From contig NW_021835768.1 of NCBI RefSeq assembly GCF_006345805.1, positions 1-38,672 on the forward strand: a stretch of 38,672 bases of DNA, in the 5' to 3' direction. Positions within the stretch are counted from its first letter, which is position 1; each line of letters begins with the position of its first letter. The position numbers and the translations under genes were made by a program. Positions 22,588 through 33,440 of the stretch are shown here, in pieces. This DNA is from Octopus sinensis. Its lineage: Eukaryota. The notes beneath the pieces are model-generated. The model saw nothing but the letters and a program-made list of their open reading frames with translations. It was not told the origin of the DNA and made no database searches.

Positions 22588-22700
22588 AATAGGTAGGTAG
22601 GTAGATAGGTAGATAGATAGAGAAAAAGAACGAGGAAGTAAGGAGAGTCAAAGAGAGAGAGAGAGAGAGAGAGAGAGTGAGAGAGAGAGAGTGCGTGTGT
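22160..22700. repeat. compound array GATA/GATT/GA/TACA/GGAT/GGGT/GGTA
   Basis: Direct reading. Confidence 0.95.
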
Positions 22701-22964
22701 GTGTGTTGGTGTGTATGAATGAAAGGGAGAGCAAAGAAGAGATAGAGAGAAAAGATGGAAAGAAGGGGGCAACTTACGAGGTGGGGGTGTGTGAGTAGAA
22801 CTCATGTTTACAGAGATAGGAATGAAGTGATTAACTTATGCCAGGGATAGGAACTAGAGGCGAAAGAATCACCAGAATTCTTCAAGAATTTAAAGACGAA
22901 AGATTCAGATTTTCTGCAAATGGTATAGGAATGGCGTTGTTGTTGTTTAACTGAGTAAATATGT

Positions 22965-23115
22965 AATCAAAGACGTTCTAGCCATGGCCATCCTGTCTGT
23001 GGAGACCAAGACTACATCATCTAATGCATCTTTACTTGTTGAAGACAATGGCGTGTGACCGGAAGGAGATTTGGGTGCTATTTCTAGCAATTTGAACGGC
23101 CACATAGAAGTTTTC
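22965..23115 (+). mobile_element. interspersed repeat fragment (family E)
   Basis: ATCAAAGACGTTCTAGCCATGGCCATCC... resembles a repeat I recall from octopus DNA. Related short reverse-strand tips appear at about 26114, 26845, 28728 and 29237. The family link is inference. Confidence 0.45.
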
Positions 23116-23357
23116 TCGGAAGGGAAGGTCGCGTTACTATAGCAACAGTACTGTAATGGCGAATGTAGGGGTGGGGTAGTGATGTGGCCGAGTGTTGGAG
23201 GGTGTAGGACACAATACCTTGCAGATATTGGTTCCGGGTCTCCCCGTTCTGTGTTCAGATCCTGCCGAAACCAGTTTTGCCTTTCATCGTTTCAGGGGCC
23301 GTTTAACAAAACACAAGTGGACGACGGTGGGGGCGGTCGGAATTGTGAAGGGTTTCC

Positions 23358-24110
23358 TTTGGACCCTCCATCACATTCTGAGTTCATGCTCGTTTTAACA
23401 CTACTGGCGGTAGTAGCGGTGGGGTGTTGAGTCGGGGTGTTGAGTGAGAGTGTTGAGTGAGGGTGTTGAGTGAAGGTGTTTAACAGCACTGGCAGTGGTG
23501 GTAGTGGTGGTGGGGAAATGTTAAATGGGGTGTTAAGTGGGAGTGTTGAGTGGGGATGTTGAGTGAGGATGTAGAGTGGGGAGTTGAGCAGGGATGTTGA
23601 GTGGGAGTGTTGAGTAGAGATGTTGAGTGGAGGTGTTGAGTGGGGATGTTGAGTGAAGGTGTTGAGTAATAGTGTTGAGTGGAGTGTTGAGTGGAGATGT
23701 TGAGTGAGGGTGCTGAGTAGATTGTTGAGCAGGACTCTTAAGTGGTGTGTTGAGTGGAGTGTAGAGTAGAGGTACTGAGTGGGGGGTTGAGTGAGGGTGT
23801 TGAGTGAGGGTGTTGAGTGAGGTGCTGAGAGCGGTGTTGGAATAATCACTTTTGGATCCTCCTTCATATTCTGAGTTCTTGCTCGTTTTAATACCACTGG
23901 CGGTGGTGGTAGTGGTGGTGGGAAAATGTTAAATGGGGTGTTAAGTGGGAGTGTTGAATGGGGATGTTGAGTGAGGGTGTAGAGTGGAGAGTTGAGTGGG
24001 GGTGTTGAGTGGGGGGATGAGGGTGTTGAGTGACTGGTTGAGTGGGTTTGAGTGAATGTGTTGAGTGGGGTGTTGAATGAGGGAGTTAAGGAGGGGTTAA
24101 GTGTGGGGGG
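23358..24110. repeat. G-rich 13-bp minisatellite (GTGTTGAGTGRGR) with a higher-order duplication of about 490 bp
   Basis: Dozens of GTTGAGT cores at about 13-bp spacing. The unique leader TTTGGA(C/T)CCTCC...ATTCTGAGTTC(A/T)TGCTCGTTTTAA recurs at 23358 and 23851. Confidence 0.9.
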
Positions 24111-24399
24111 AAGGGTCCGGTTTTAACGTCCTCCCTTCCAATTCTCAGTCTCGGAGGTCTCAAAACTAGATACAATATCAGAGGCACTATTCTCCCTTCC
24201 CTTTCCTGATTGGTGAAGGATCTCCGTCTTTTGACGACGAGCATTTAAGTGTTTGATCAACTGCATTATCTGTTCTTTGAATTCATCTATAAGTGGCTGA
24301 GTATTCCACAGAAAAATGCAGCCGTAACATTATTCTGAGGCAGAATCAGCGTGACACAATGAGTGAGAAAACTGTACCTATTGAATTACGGGTACAATC

Positions 24400-24553
24400 C
24401 ACCCGACGGGCTACTATACAGTTTCTGTCCTCCAGTTTCAAGGTATGAGTTAATCTGAAACAAGGGAAAATAACATTTTCCCAAGATGCCTGCCAGTGGG
24501 ATCGAACCCACGACCTTCTGGTTGCAAAGAAAATCCTTACCTATTTGGCCATG
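24400..24553 (-). mobile_element. old tRNA-derived SINE 5' part
   Basis: Minus strand reads CATGGCCAAATAGGTAAG...GGGTTCGATCCC. It lacks a closed cloverleaf. Confidence 0.55.
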
Positions 24554-25715
24554 ATATTCCTATCTCTTCTGAGTAAAAGGCAGGACCACACTTCCGCCCC
24601 CAACAAACTTTAGCAATGCCTTTAGTTCAGGGTGACATTGAGTTATCTCCCTTGTATTCGTCCCCAGTACTACCCCCATATTAAATACTCCCTTTGAAGA
24701 GAGTCTTTTCATGGCAAAAGACGAGACAAATGTCCATATTTAAATGAGGTCGATCTTCAGACATTTTGTCCGACGCTTTGGCGTAGAAACAAGACTTGTC
24801 TGGTTGCAAACTTTATTCTGTGTTCTCATTAATAAAGAGTAGAGAGGTAGTTTGGTAATTCACAGTGTACAATAGGGAGCTTTCGTTTATACATCACATG
24901 GATAATTTCCATTAAACGAATTGTTTAAAACGCCATGTTACGAGCCCAACTTAAAATGTCGTCCATAGACTTCAACAACTTACGAAATAAGTTAGACCAG
25001 AGTTACTCCCCTTGTTTAAATCGGCTTCAAAGATTTTAAGATGTCTTTTAGTCGAATCGTTTCCATATTTGTGTTGCAAGATTCTTCTCGTGACAATGTA
25101 TGTTGAAACAGTTGTTGTTATGTTTGGGGGTGACCACCACCAAGTAGAAGGATATTTTAGTTCTATCCTTTATCCTTTGATAGTTTTAAGCGACGATGCT
25201 GGGCACTGCCTTGAAGAATTTTGATCAAACGAATGCACCCCAGTATATATATATATAGACCCCATTGTATTTGTAAAATTATTAATTACTAATTAATTAA
25301 TTTTACCCTTATTATTATTGACAATATAAATATGCATACATACATACATACATACATAATACATACATACATACAGAGTGTTCAAAAAGTCTCTCCGCGA
25401 GAGAAACGTGACATGAAGTGATTTGCTTAAGAACGCAACGAATTGCTCCGCCCAGGAATCGAAACCACAAACTTATGATCACTCAAGCCACACACAATAC
25501 CGCATACGCACGCAGTCACACACACGTTGAATTTAACTGCGCTGATAATTTCAAGGGAAATAACCCCGCAGAAAAATCTTTAAAGAGTGATCTCCCCTAA
25601 AAATCCACGTCGCTTTTTTTGTTAGTTTTGACATTGAAGATCGACCGGACCACTTACTTCTCATTTTTTAATAATACTGTTTACGGAAATGCATTATCAG
25701 TAAAATGCATTAAAA

Positions 25716-26062
25716 GGTATTATCAGTAAAAGCTTGAAGGCTTTCTTCTATAAGTGCCAGCCCTTTAGCAATAATTCTTGTAGCCATTTAAATGGCATTT
25801 GTAGAAAATTCGATGTCTCATTTGTATTCTCATCTTGTTCTTTTTCTTACAGCATCAGCTTATCCTCGGATAAACCTTTTTCTCTTGGACCCTAGCTACT
25901 TAATTACATCAACCTCTATAATTTCTCCACATCTTATATCTCTTGCAACTGTCATATCTTTCCAATTCTGAGGAAAACTTGTAATATCGCAGATATAATC
26001 TGGCCCCATTCTTTTCCAAGCTCTATTCAAAGCTGAAGGTTTCACTTCATCTCATGACGCAG
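25716..26062 (-). pseudogene. decayed pogo/Tigger transposase C-terminal fragment
   Basis: Minus-strand translation (W)DEVKPSALNRAWKRMGPDYICDITSF...VARDIRCGEIIEVDV, then after frameshifts LSEDKLML and KGLALIEESLQAFTDN. This resembles the Tigger AWxEV...WKKLWP...DFxGF region. Confidence 0.65.
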
Positions 26063-26066
26063 CTGC

Positions 26067-26517
26067 GTCATTCGATTAGGGTCCAAGATTTATAAGAATT
26101 AAACCGGAATTCTTTTGATCATGGATTTGCTCGATTAGGATTGACCTAGGGTTAAACAATAAGCAGCATATCAACCATTCCCACCATCAGTACCAGCACC
26201 ACCACACCGCCACCACTATCATCATTACCATCATCACCATCGCCATCGTAGTGGTGTACAAGCATTCTGGTAACAACTATAGATCTTTGTTTCAGAAAAT
26301 TCGATATTTTCAAAAATCAAAATAAAAAGATAAAAGTGTGTTTTTATTAAGAACAAAAAAAGGCCCGAAGGTTCCGGCGAGGATCGAACTCACGACCTTC
26401 TGCGTGTAAAGCAGATGTGATAACCACTACACCACGGAACCCACTCACATTAGGTTGTCGAGTTTCTGACTATATTATTAATCTATTATTAAAATAGTTG
26501 CAATAATTCATTGATTT
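26067..26517. repeat. segmental duplication of about 450 bp, copy 1 (paralog 29190-29632)
   Basis: Collinear match from GTCATTCGATTAG through the tRNA to GTTGCAATAATTCATTGATTT. Confidence 0.9.
26370..26441 (-). tRNA. tRNA-Val-TAC: tRNA-Val(TAC)
   Basis: GGTTCCGTGGTGTAGTGGTTATCACATCTGCT-TAC-ACGCAGAAGGTCGTGAGTTCGATCCTCGCCGGAACC (with T33 before TAC). 7-bp acceptor stem, A and B boxes, T6 terminator 8 nt downstream. Confidence 0.97.
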
Positions 26518-26954
26518 ATCCACCCTGTGAATTTCTTGCAAAAGTTGTTTGAAAGTTCTCGTATAATGTGCTTTGAGGTTTACTATCACACCTTAAGCCA
26601 TTGATTGGAGCAAAGAAGAGAAATGGTGGCATCATATTATAAATATACCTTTCTCTTGGAGTATGGACAACTGCAGGTAATGCAGAGTCAAGTATCTTGT
26701 ATCCGAATCACAATGAAACAACTCGAGCCGGATCCGAACGGAGGACCCATTCGTTGGTAGACAGTCTCTTTTTATAGCCCACAAGCCTAAAAGAATACAG
26801 TTTACACCTACATACACACACACTAAAAACGAGAACTGGAACTCCTTTGACCGTCGGTTATTTCGATCAGGGTCGACTTGGTGTTAAACAAAAAACAGAC
26901 CTTCGTCTCTAGAATTACTTTTATCAAAAAAAGAAAAAAAAAGGCAAAGCCAAA

Positions 26955-27026
26955 GGTTCTGGTGAGGATCGAACTCACGACCTTCTGCGTGTGAAGCAGA
27001 CGTGATCACCACTACACCACAGAACC
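26955..27026 (-). tRNA. tRNA-Val-CAC: tRNA-Val(CAC) on a TAC-type body
   Basis: Full cloverleaf with anticodon loop TT-CAC-AC and D-loop variant TGGTGATC. Long T-run terminator. Confidence 0.92.
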
Positions 27027-27069
27027 TTACTGAATTTCCTGCTTTATTTTTATGTGTATTACTCTATTA

Positions 27070-27316
27070 TTTTATTTATTTATTTGTTTCAGTCACTTGA
27101 CTGTGGCTATAGTGAAGCACCGCCTTCAGTCGAACAAATCGCCTCCAGGACTTATTCTTTATAAGCCGAGTACTTATTCTATCGGTATCTTTGCCGAAAT
27201 GCTCAGTTACGAGGACGTAAACACACCAGCATCAGTAGTCAAGCGATGGTGTGGATATAGACACAGACACACACAGAAACACACCACACACATATGTGTA
27301 TATATAAATATATATA

Positions 27317-27364
<48 letters not shown>

Positions 27365-27527
27365 GACGGGTTTCTTTCAGTTTCCCCACTACCAAATCCA
27401 CTCACAAGGCTTTGGTTGGCCCGAAGTTATAGTGGAAGACACTTGCGCAATGTGCCACACAGTGGGACTGAACCCGGAACCATGTGGTTGGTAAGTAAGC
27501 TACTTACCACACAGCCACGCCTGTGCC
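27070..27527 (-). mobile_element. SINE family B (full length)
   Basis: Reverse-complement match to 1206-1598. Confidence 0.9.
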
Positions 27528-27907
27528 TATTGTTAAAATATTTGCAGTGACTCATTGATCCCCGAGTTGTGTCTTGGGGATACATTCTATTTTCACATTA
27601 TGAGGGAGGTTATCTAAGTTCGCTGGGTGGCTGGGTGCGTTGTGTTTAAAAGAACAATGCATTGTTGGAAGCATAATATGCGACACTGGGCCTTTGTCAT
27701 TGCGCTTTTGTAAACCTCACATCCATGCCTCCTTATTTGAATGTCAAATCATTGGTAGATTAAACTTTGTGAAAGATTGGAAAGCCCTTGAATTTTCGGT
27801 GTTTTTGTGTCGTGCAAATTCATGCGCTTCTTAAAACCATTCATACCTAAGATCAGAGATACTTTATACAACTTTTGAAATACACTAAGATACCACATTA
27901 TGTCTTA

Positions 27908-28235
27908 GAACTTCTCACCAAAAACAACATGGTATTGATTCTGTAGCCGCCCTGTTCGTCAGGTTTAACACCTGCCGACTTCCATCTCTTCCTTAAGAGG
28001 AAAATGCAGCTCAAAGGTCGACGTTTTAAAACTGTTATGGAGATCAGGAGCGAATCGCAGAAGGTCTTCAACTCGCTTACGGAAAACGACTTGCAGGCCG
28101 GATTCCAAAAGTGGCAAGAACGCTGGAACCGGTGTATTGCGGAGCAATGTGACTATTTTGAAGGAGACAATGTTGAAAATAAACTATTTTTTAAATTAAA
28201 TCTAACTAGTCCAGGAACTCTTCGATACCACCTCG
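27908..28235 (+). mobile_element. second mariner family: transposase C-terminus and right TIR
   Basis: ELLTKNNMVLIL*PPCSSGLTPADFHLFLKRKMQLKGRRF...WQERWNRCIAEQCDYFEGD (PPYSPDLAPxDF-like). The right TIR reverse complement is CGAGGTGGTATCGAAGAGTTCCTGGAC, with TA at 28236-37. Confidence 0.88.
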
Positions 28236-28423
28236 TATTTTATGTAACTTCAGAACCACGAGATACTTCCGGTGACTTATTTACGTGTACTGAAAAAAAA
28301 ACTCCCAAAGAACTATTACAGTCGACCATACCGATTTATAAGGATCCTCGAAACAACAAGGGGTCATTGTTTCTAAGATTAAAAAAAGAAAACAGCTAAG
28401 GATTTAGTTTAAAAGTTTATACA

Positions 28424-28495
28424 GGTTCTGGTGAGGATCGAACTCACGACCTTCTGCGTGTAAAGCAGACGTGATAACCACTACACCACAGAACC
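28424..28495 (-). tRNA. tRNA-Val-TAC: tRNA-Val(TAC)
   Basis: Perfect cloverleaf, identical to 30081-30152 and 36429-36500. T4 terminator 9 nt downstream. Confidence 0.97.
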
Positions 28496-28962
28496 TTACA
28501 ACAACCTTCATTTTATTTTTATGCTTATTATTGTTTGATTGAAATATTTGCCATTATTCACTACAGTCTGCTGGTGTCTGGTGATGATGTGGCACTAATC
28601 CATCAATATACATGCGCGTATGCACACACACTCACATACACACACAGACACACACACATACACACACATATGCACGTATATCACATGGGAACCCCAACAT
28701 GGCTATTCGATAAACAAGAAACAGACCTTTAATCACAGGTCTGTTCGATGACGAATGACCTGGGTATAAAAAAGTTAAATAATTGAGAAAGGCATGCATG
28801 TCACAACTTCATTTATCCCTTTATTCTTCAGTTTTATACATACACGCACGCACATGTGCGCTCACATACACACACACACACACGCACACACACACACACT
28901 CACACACACATACACACACATACACTTATACACAGGTACACAAAATGCGTCAGTCTCTATGG

Positions 28963-29180
28963 CAGTGCTTTTCAAACATTTTGCTGGAGCGGAACCCCAA
29001 AGAAACATTCCACTGGCTCGAGGAACCCCTGTGCAATAATTTAATAGTCTTGTGCACACATATCTGCACAGGAGAATTAAAATTACTGCCAGTTTTAGCA
29101 GTTTTGTAACTTCTTGCGGAACCCCCGGACTGTACTGGCGGAACCCTAAGGTTCCGCGGAACCCTGGTTGAAAACCATTG
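28963..29180. mobile_element. hAT (Charlie-like) MITE, 218 bp
   Basis: TIRs CAGTGCTTTTCAA and TTGAAAACCATTG (2 mismatches in 13). Perfect 8-bp TSD CTCTATGG at 28955-62 and 29181-88. Internal GCGGAACCC repeats. Confidence 0.93.
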
Positions 29181-29189
29181 CTCTATGGG

Positions 29190-29632
29190 GTCATTCGATT
29201 AGAGTCCAAAATTTATAAAAATTAAACTGGAATTCTTTTAATCATGGATTTGCTCGATTAGGATTGACCTGGGGTTAAACAATAATCGCCACATCAACCA
29301 TTCGCACCACCAGTACCACCACACTGCCGCCACCATCATCATTACCATCATCACCATCGCCATCGTAGTGGTGTACAAGGATTCTGGTAACAACCATAGA
29401 TCTTTGTTTCAAAAAATCCGATATTTTCAAAGAACAAAGTAAAAAGTTAAAAGTGTGTTTTCATTTAAAAAAACCCAAAAAAACTCGAAGGTTCCGGCGA
29501 GGATCGAACTCACGACCTTCTGCGTGTAAAGCAGATGTGATAACCACTACACCACGGAACCACTCATATGGAATTAGCCCCTTTCTAACTGTATTAATCT
29601 ATTATTAAAGTAGTTGCAATAATTCATTGATT
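29190..29632. repeat. segmental duplication of about 450 bp, copy 2
   Basis: Paralog of 26067-26517. Confidence 0.9.
29490..29561 (-). tRNA. tRNA-Val-TAC: tRNA-Val(TAC)
   Basis: Identical to 26370-26441. T7 terminator. Confidence 0.97.
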
Positions 29633-30080
29633 TTGCTACCGTCAGCTGTTCTTTGGTGATGTTGTGGCTTTGATACGTCTAGATACATTGTTGCAACGAA
29701 ACTCAATATTGTATTGAATAACAACCGATCTATAAACATCACAAAACAAAATGTATCTGTTCATAATACAACTGGCGAACACCATTTTATGTCACAACGA
29801 GACCACGTGATACAATTGGTGGCCATATTTTTTGCATCCACGACACCACGTGACGCAACTGCCGGTTATGCTTTGTGTAACCACCGCAGAACGTGATACA
29901 AGTGTGACCCTGATACCACGTGATTTTTTCTTTTTTGTAAAAAGCGGGTATTTTTAAGCTTCACTGATTTATGTTTGTTTGGGTGTTGTTATGGCATTTA
30001 CCAATATTCACTCCATAGTAGTTTTGAAGATGAAAAAGAAACTTATGGAATATTTCACGCAGAAAAAAGAATTAATTACA

Positions 30081-30152
30081 GGTTCTGGTGAGGATCGAAC
30101 TCACGACCTTCTGCGTGTAAAGCAGACGTGATAACCACTACACCACAGAACC
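30081..30152 (-). tRNA. tRNA-Val-TAC: tRNA-Val(TAC)
   Basis: Perfect cloverleaf. T6 terminator 12 nt downstream. Confidence 0.97.
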
Positions 30153-30239
30153 CTTGACGTGTCAAAGATAGTTTTAGTGTCTTTGAATTTACTTATTATG
30201 ATGTATCGATGGTCCTCTAGGTGGCGTTGTGGTATTATT

Positions 30240-30451
30240 GGTTTAAAATTTTGGCCCAAGGTCAGCAATTTCCGGGGAAGGAATAAACTGATTGCATCGA
30301 CCCCAGTACTCAACGGGTGTTTCTTTAATCGACCCCGGAATGATGACAGACAAAGCCTAACACGGCGGAATTTGAACTCAGAACGCAAAGGCGGACGAAA
30401 TGACGTTAAGCATTTTACCCGACGTGCTAACGGTTCTGCCAGCTCGCTACC
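30240..30451 (-). mobile_element. SINE family C (tail 2 type)
   Basis: Reverse-complement match to the other family C copies. Confidence 0.85.
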
Positions 30452-30582
30452 TGATGTTGAGGTATTATTGATCAACCAACAAATATGTCTTTGTACAACT
30501 GTATGCCTTTGTCTCTTCGGGATCAATAAAATAAAGTATCGGCCTTGTGTCTATAATAGAAAAGATTATTATTATTATTATT

Positions 30583-31136
30583 GAATGAAAGAGCAGCACA
30601 TGCCATCAAAGTGACACTGGTGTAAAATATACGAAGCCCAGTATACCCATCATGACTACCCGTCAGATAAGGGCACACCAGGCACATGCATCACAACCAT
30701 ATGTGCACGACATGGTGATCTCATATCAAGATAAACAGCACATGACCTTGCAGGTGGGGCCCAGTTAGAATTTTCTTCAGGTTGAGTAGCCCATCCCGTT
30801 CAAAAGGTCTCTGAATAAGGATTGTTTAAGGATGTTGAACGAAACACCCATGTTTCCAGAGGTGAATTATTCAAACCCCAAATAATCCCTCTCGACACAT
30901 GGCTATGATGCTCCCCCACTACATCTGCTCGTGATCAGAGATGCACATATCGTCAGCCACTAAGGGACATGCTCAACTGGTTAAGGTCAAACAACTGACA
31001 AGCAAATCTGTGGTATTGAGCAGAATATTTGCTGTAGCCCATCTTTTATACCAAGACAAAACAATGTACATGATAACACTTCCAATCAGTTAAGATCAGA
31101 AGCCATGAGGGCCACTGCCTGGTACTGCATCAGGGC

Positions 31137-31139
<3 letters not shown>
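30583..31139 (-). mobile_element. 557-bp interspersed element embedded in (AAT)n, candidate non-autonomous or truncated non-LTR retroelement
   Basis: Sharp boundaries against (ATT)n tracts on both sides (30565-82 and 31141-87). No long ORF. The strand is inferred from an (AAT)n tail. Confidence 0.55.
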
Positions 31140-31189
<50 letters not shown>

Positions 31190-32039
31190 TTCATTATTAC
31201 TTAGAACTGGTACCCAAAGGGACGTGAATAAACCACAAGGACCCATTTTATCCAACATGATAGTCAATTCTCCACATTACTATCGCCCCTGCCACCACCG
31301 ACGCTGTCACCACCATTATCGCCGCCATGGAATCTACGTCTTGGTTTATGAAGAAGAAACAACAAAAGGGGAGATAATTATAAACTGCAAAAAGGAGAGA
31401 GGGGGTGAAGGGAGATAAGATAGGAAAGGTAGGAGGAGGGTGTTGTAAGATTCGAGGAGAGAGAGAGGGAGAGAGAAGTGATTGGTTAATGTCCACCAAC
31501 CTCACAACCAATACCACCACAAGAACCGCTATCACCACTACCATCGCCACCCCGCCGCCGCCGTCGCCGCCACCGCAGCCATTACATTTAATTGCAGCGC
31601 ACCACCCACCGCCCCCTTCTCAACCACCAACACTTCCTGATCAAGTGGCGAAAATTCAAACTGCAAAGTTTGTATTTCTAAGGGTTTTCTTTTTATTTTA
31701 TGAACAACTAAAAGATGACACAGCTGTTTGGGGAAAAACAAATATTTGGAGATGGAATTCCGAGTTTGGTAGGAATTACGAAGACTATTAGCAGAAAGGC
31801 AAGATATCTTACTGACAGAAACACACACACACACGACATAGTCTCTTACTATATTTCTTTTATATGTAATATATAGTTTTTATTTGTGGGTTGGTTTTTT
31901 CCCCCGTTTTTTTCTTATATTTTCCTGCGTTTTTTTCTTTCTCTCCCCAAAAGCAACCCCAAAGTCGAGTCAGTTTTTTGTGGAAAGAACTCAAAATAAA
32001 TAACAAAGTAAGGTTTTTTTCTTCGTTCTATTTGCAGTT

Positions 32040-32088
32040 TGTGAGCGTGTGTGTGTGTGTGCGTGTGTGTATGTGTGTCTGTGTGTGT

Positions 32089-32125
<37 letters not shown>

Positions 32126-32603
32126 AATGCGCCAAACAGGAAGTATCAACGCAACATCTGTATTTCATTAGATCTGAACGGAAAATGGTTCAGAAGAGGA
32201 AATTGATGCGTGCCTGTCCATCTGTGGGTGGGTGTGTGTATGTGTGCGTGCACGTGTGTGTGTGCGTGTGTGTGTGTGTATGTAAGCGTGCGTGTATATG
32301 TGTGTGTGCGTGTATGTGCGTACGTGTATGGGTATATGTGTGTATGTGTGTATATGCGTGTATGGGTATATGTGTGTGTGTATGTGTGCGTACGTTTATA
32401 TGTGTGTGTGTGTGTGTTTGCGTGTATGTGCGTACGTGTGTGTGTATGCGTGAATGTGCGTACGTGTGTCTGTATATGTGTGTGTATGCGTGTGTGTATG
32501 TGCGTACGTGTATGTGTGTGTATGTGTGCGTGCACGTGTATGTGTATGTGTGCGTGTATGTGCGAACGTGTATGTCTGTGTATGCGTGTATGTGCGTACG
32601 TGT

Positions 32604-32639
<36 letters not shown>

Positions 32640-32640
32640 T
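32040..32640. repeat. (TG)n-based cryptic microsatellite with TA/CG variants
   Basis: Direct reading. It is the source of the CV/HT ORFs. Confidence 0.93.
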
Positions 32641-33013
32641 AAAAGGGAGCGGGTAGTGGGAGGAGGAATGTCCAATGAAGAAGAAGACCAGTTTGTTTGA
32701 TTGTTTTTTGTTTTTATGTACAGTTTTGTTTTTCTAACGAGGTAAACTTTTAAAGCCAGACATTAGGAGAATTGGGGGTGGGGGCGGAATTTGTTTATTT
32801 ACGACGAAGTAACAGATTTTTCGAGAAGACAAGAGTAGCTGAGCCTTTACCAGTGGCTGATGGTTTGGGGTTCTAAGAGCCAGGGTTTAGGGTAGCTGTG
32901 AGTTCAAGTAGTTGAATGTTTAGGGTGGATGAAGATTAAGGCTACAATAAAGAACCGCTCTTTGCCGTTTCTCCAAACGCAGTTACGTGTTACCATTCTA
33001 AAGGATGCCGAAA

Positions 33014-33440
33014 TTATCGTCCAGGTGAAGGTGATAAGCTCGAAGAAGCGTTAGGACGCCGGATGAAATGCTTTCAGGTATTTCGTCCGTTTTCAAAATT
33101 TTGTGTTCAAACTCCGCCGAGGTCGATTTTGCCTACTGGGGACAATGTAATCGGCTTTCCCCCCGTTCCCACCAAATTTCAGACCTTGTGGTTATTGTAA
33201 AAATGACATTATCGTTCAGGTGAAGACGGCGAGCTGGCAGAATCGTTGACCACACCGGATGAAATGCTTAGCGGGATTTCGTCCGTCTTATCGTTCTGAG
33301 TCCAAACTCCGCCGTGGTCGACTTTGCCTTTCATCTTTTTAGGGTCGATAAAATACATACCAGTCGAGTACTCGGGACAATGTAATCGGCTTTCACCACC
33401 TCCCCCCGTTCACACCAAATTTCAGACCTTGCGCCTTGTA
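33014..33440 (+). mobile_element. two tandem SINE family C copies from a local duplication
   Basis: Both units share the non-SINE leader TTATCGT(C/T)CAGGTGAAG and the private variants GGGACAATGTAATCGGCTTTC and CACCAAATTTCAGACCTTG. Confidence 0.8.

Noticed and set aside
24480-24553. tRNA-like sequences here and at 263-370, 17858-17930, 36200-36225 and 37355-37430 called as tRNA genes
   Set aside because: They have A/B-box remnants but no closed acceptor or anticodon stems, and they continue into SINE bodies or are isolated fragments.
24600-25400. Possible Tc1/mariner ends (TACTGGGGTGC on minus near 25245; TACAGAGTGTTCAAAAAG at 25372)
   Set aside because: No matching partner TIR or transposase motif was found.
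31070-31139. HDV-like ribozyme at the inferred 5' end of the (AAT)n-embedded element
   Set aside because: A 6/7 P1 helix (GCCCUGA/UCAUGGC) can be drawn, but the P1.1 GG, P3/L3 and J4/2 elements do not fit.
32880-32930. Telomere-like GGGTTTAGGG motifs
   Set aside because: Only two or three scattered matches, not a tandem array.
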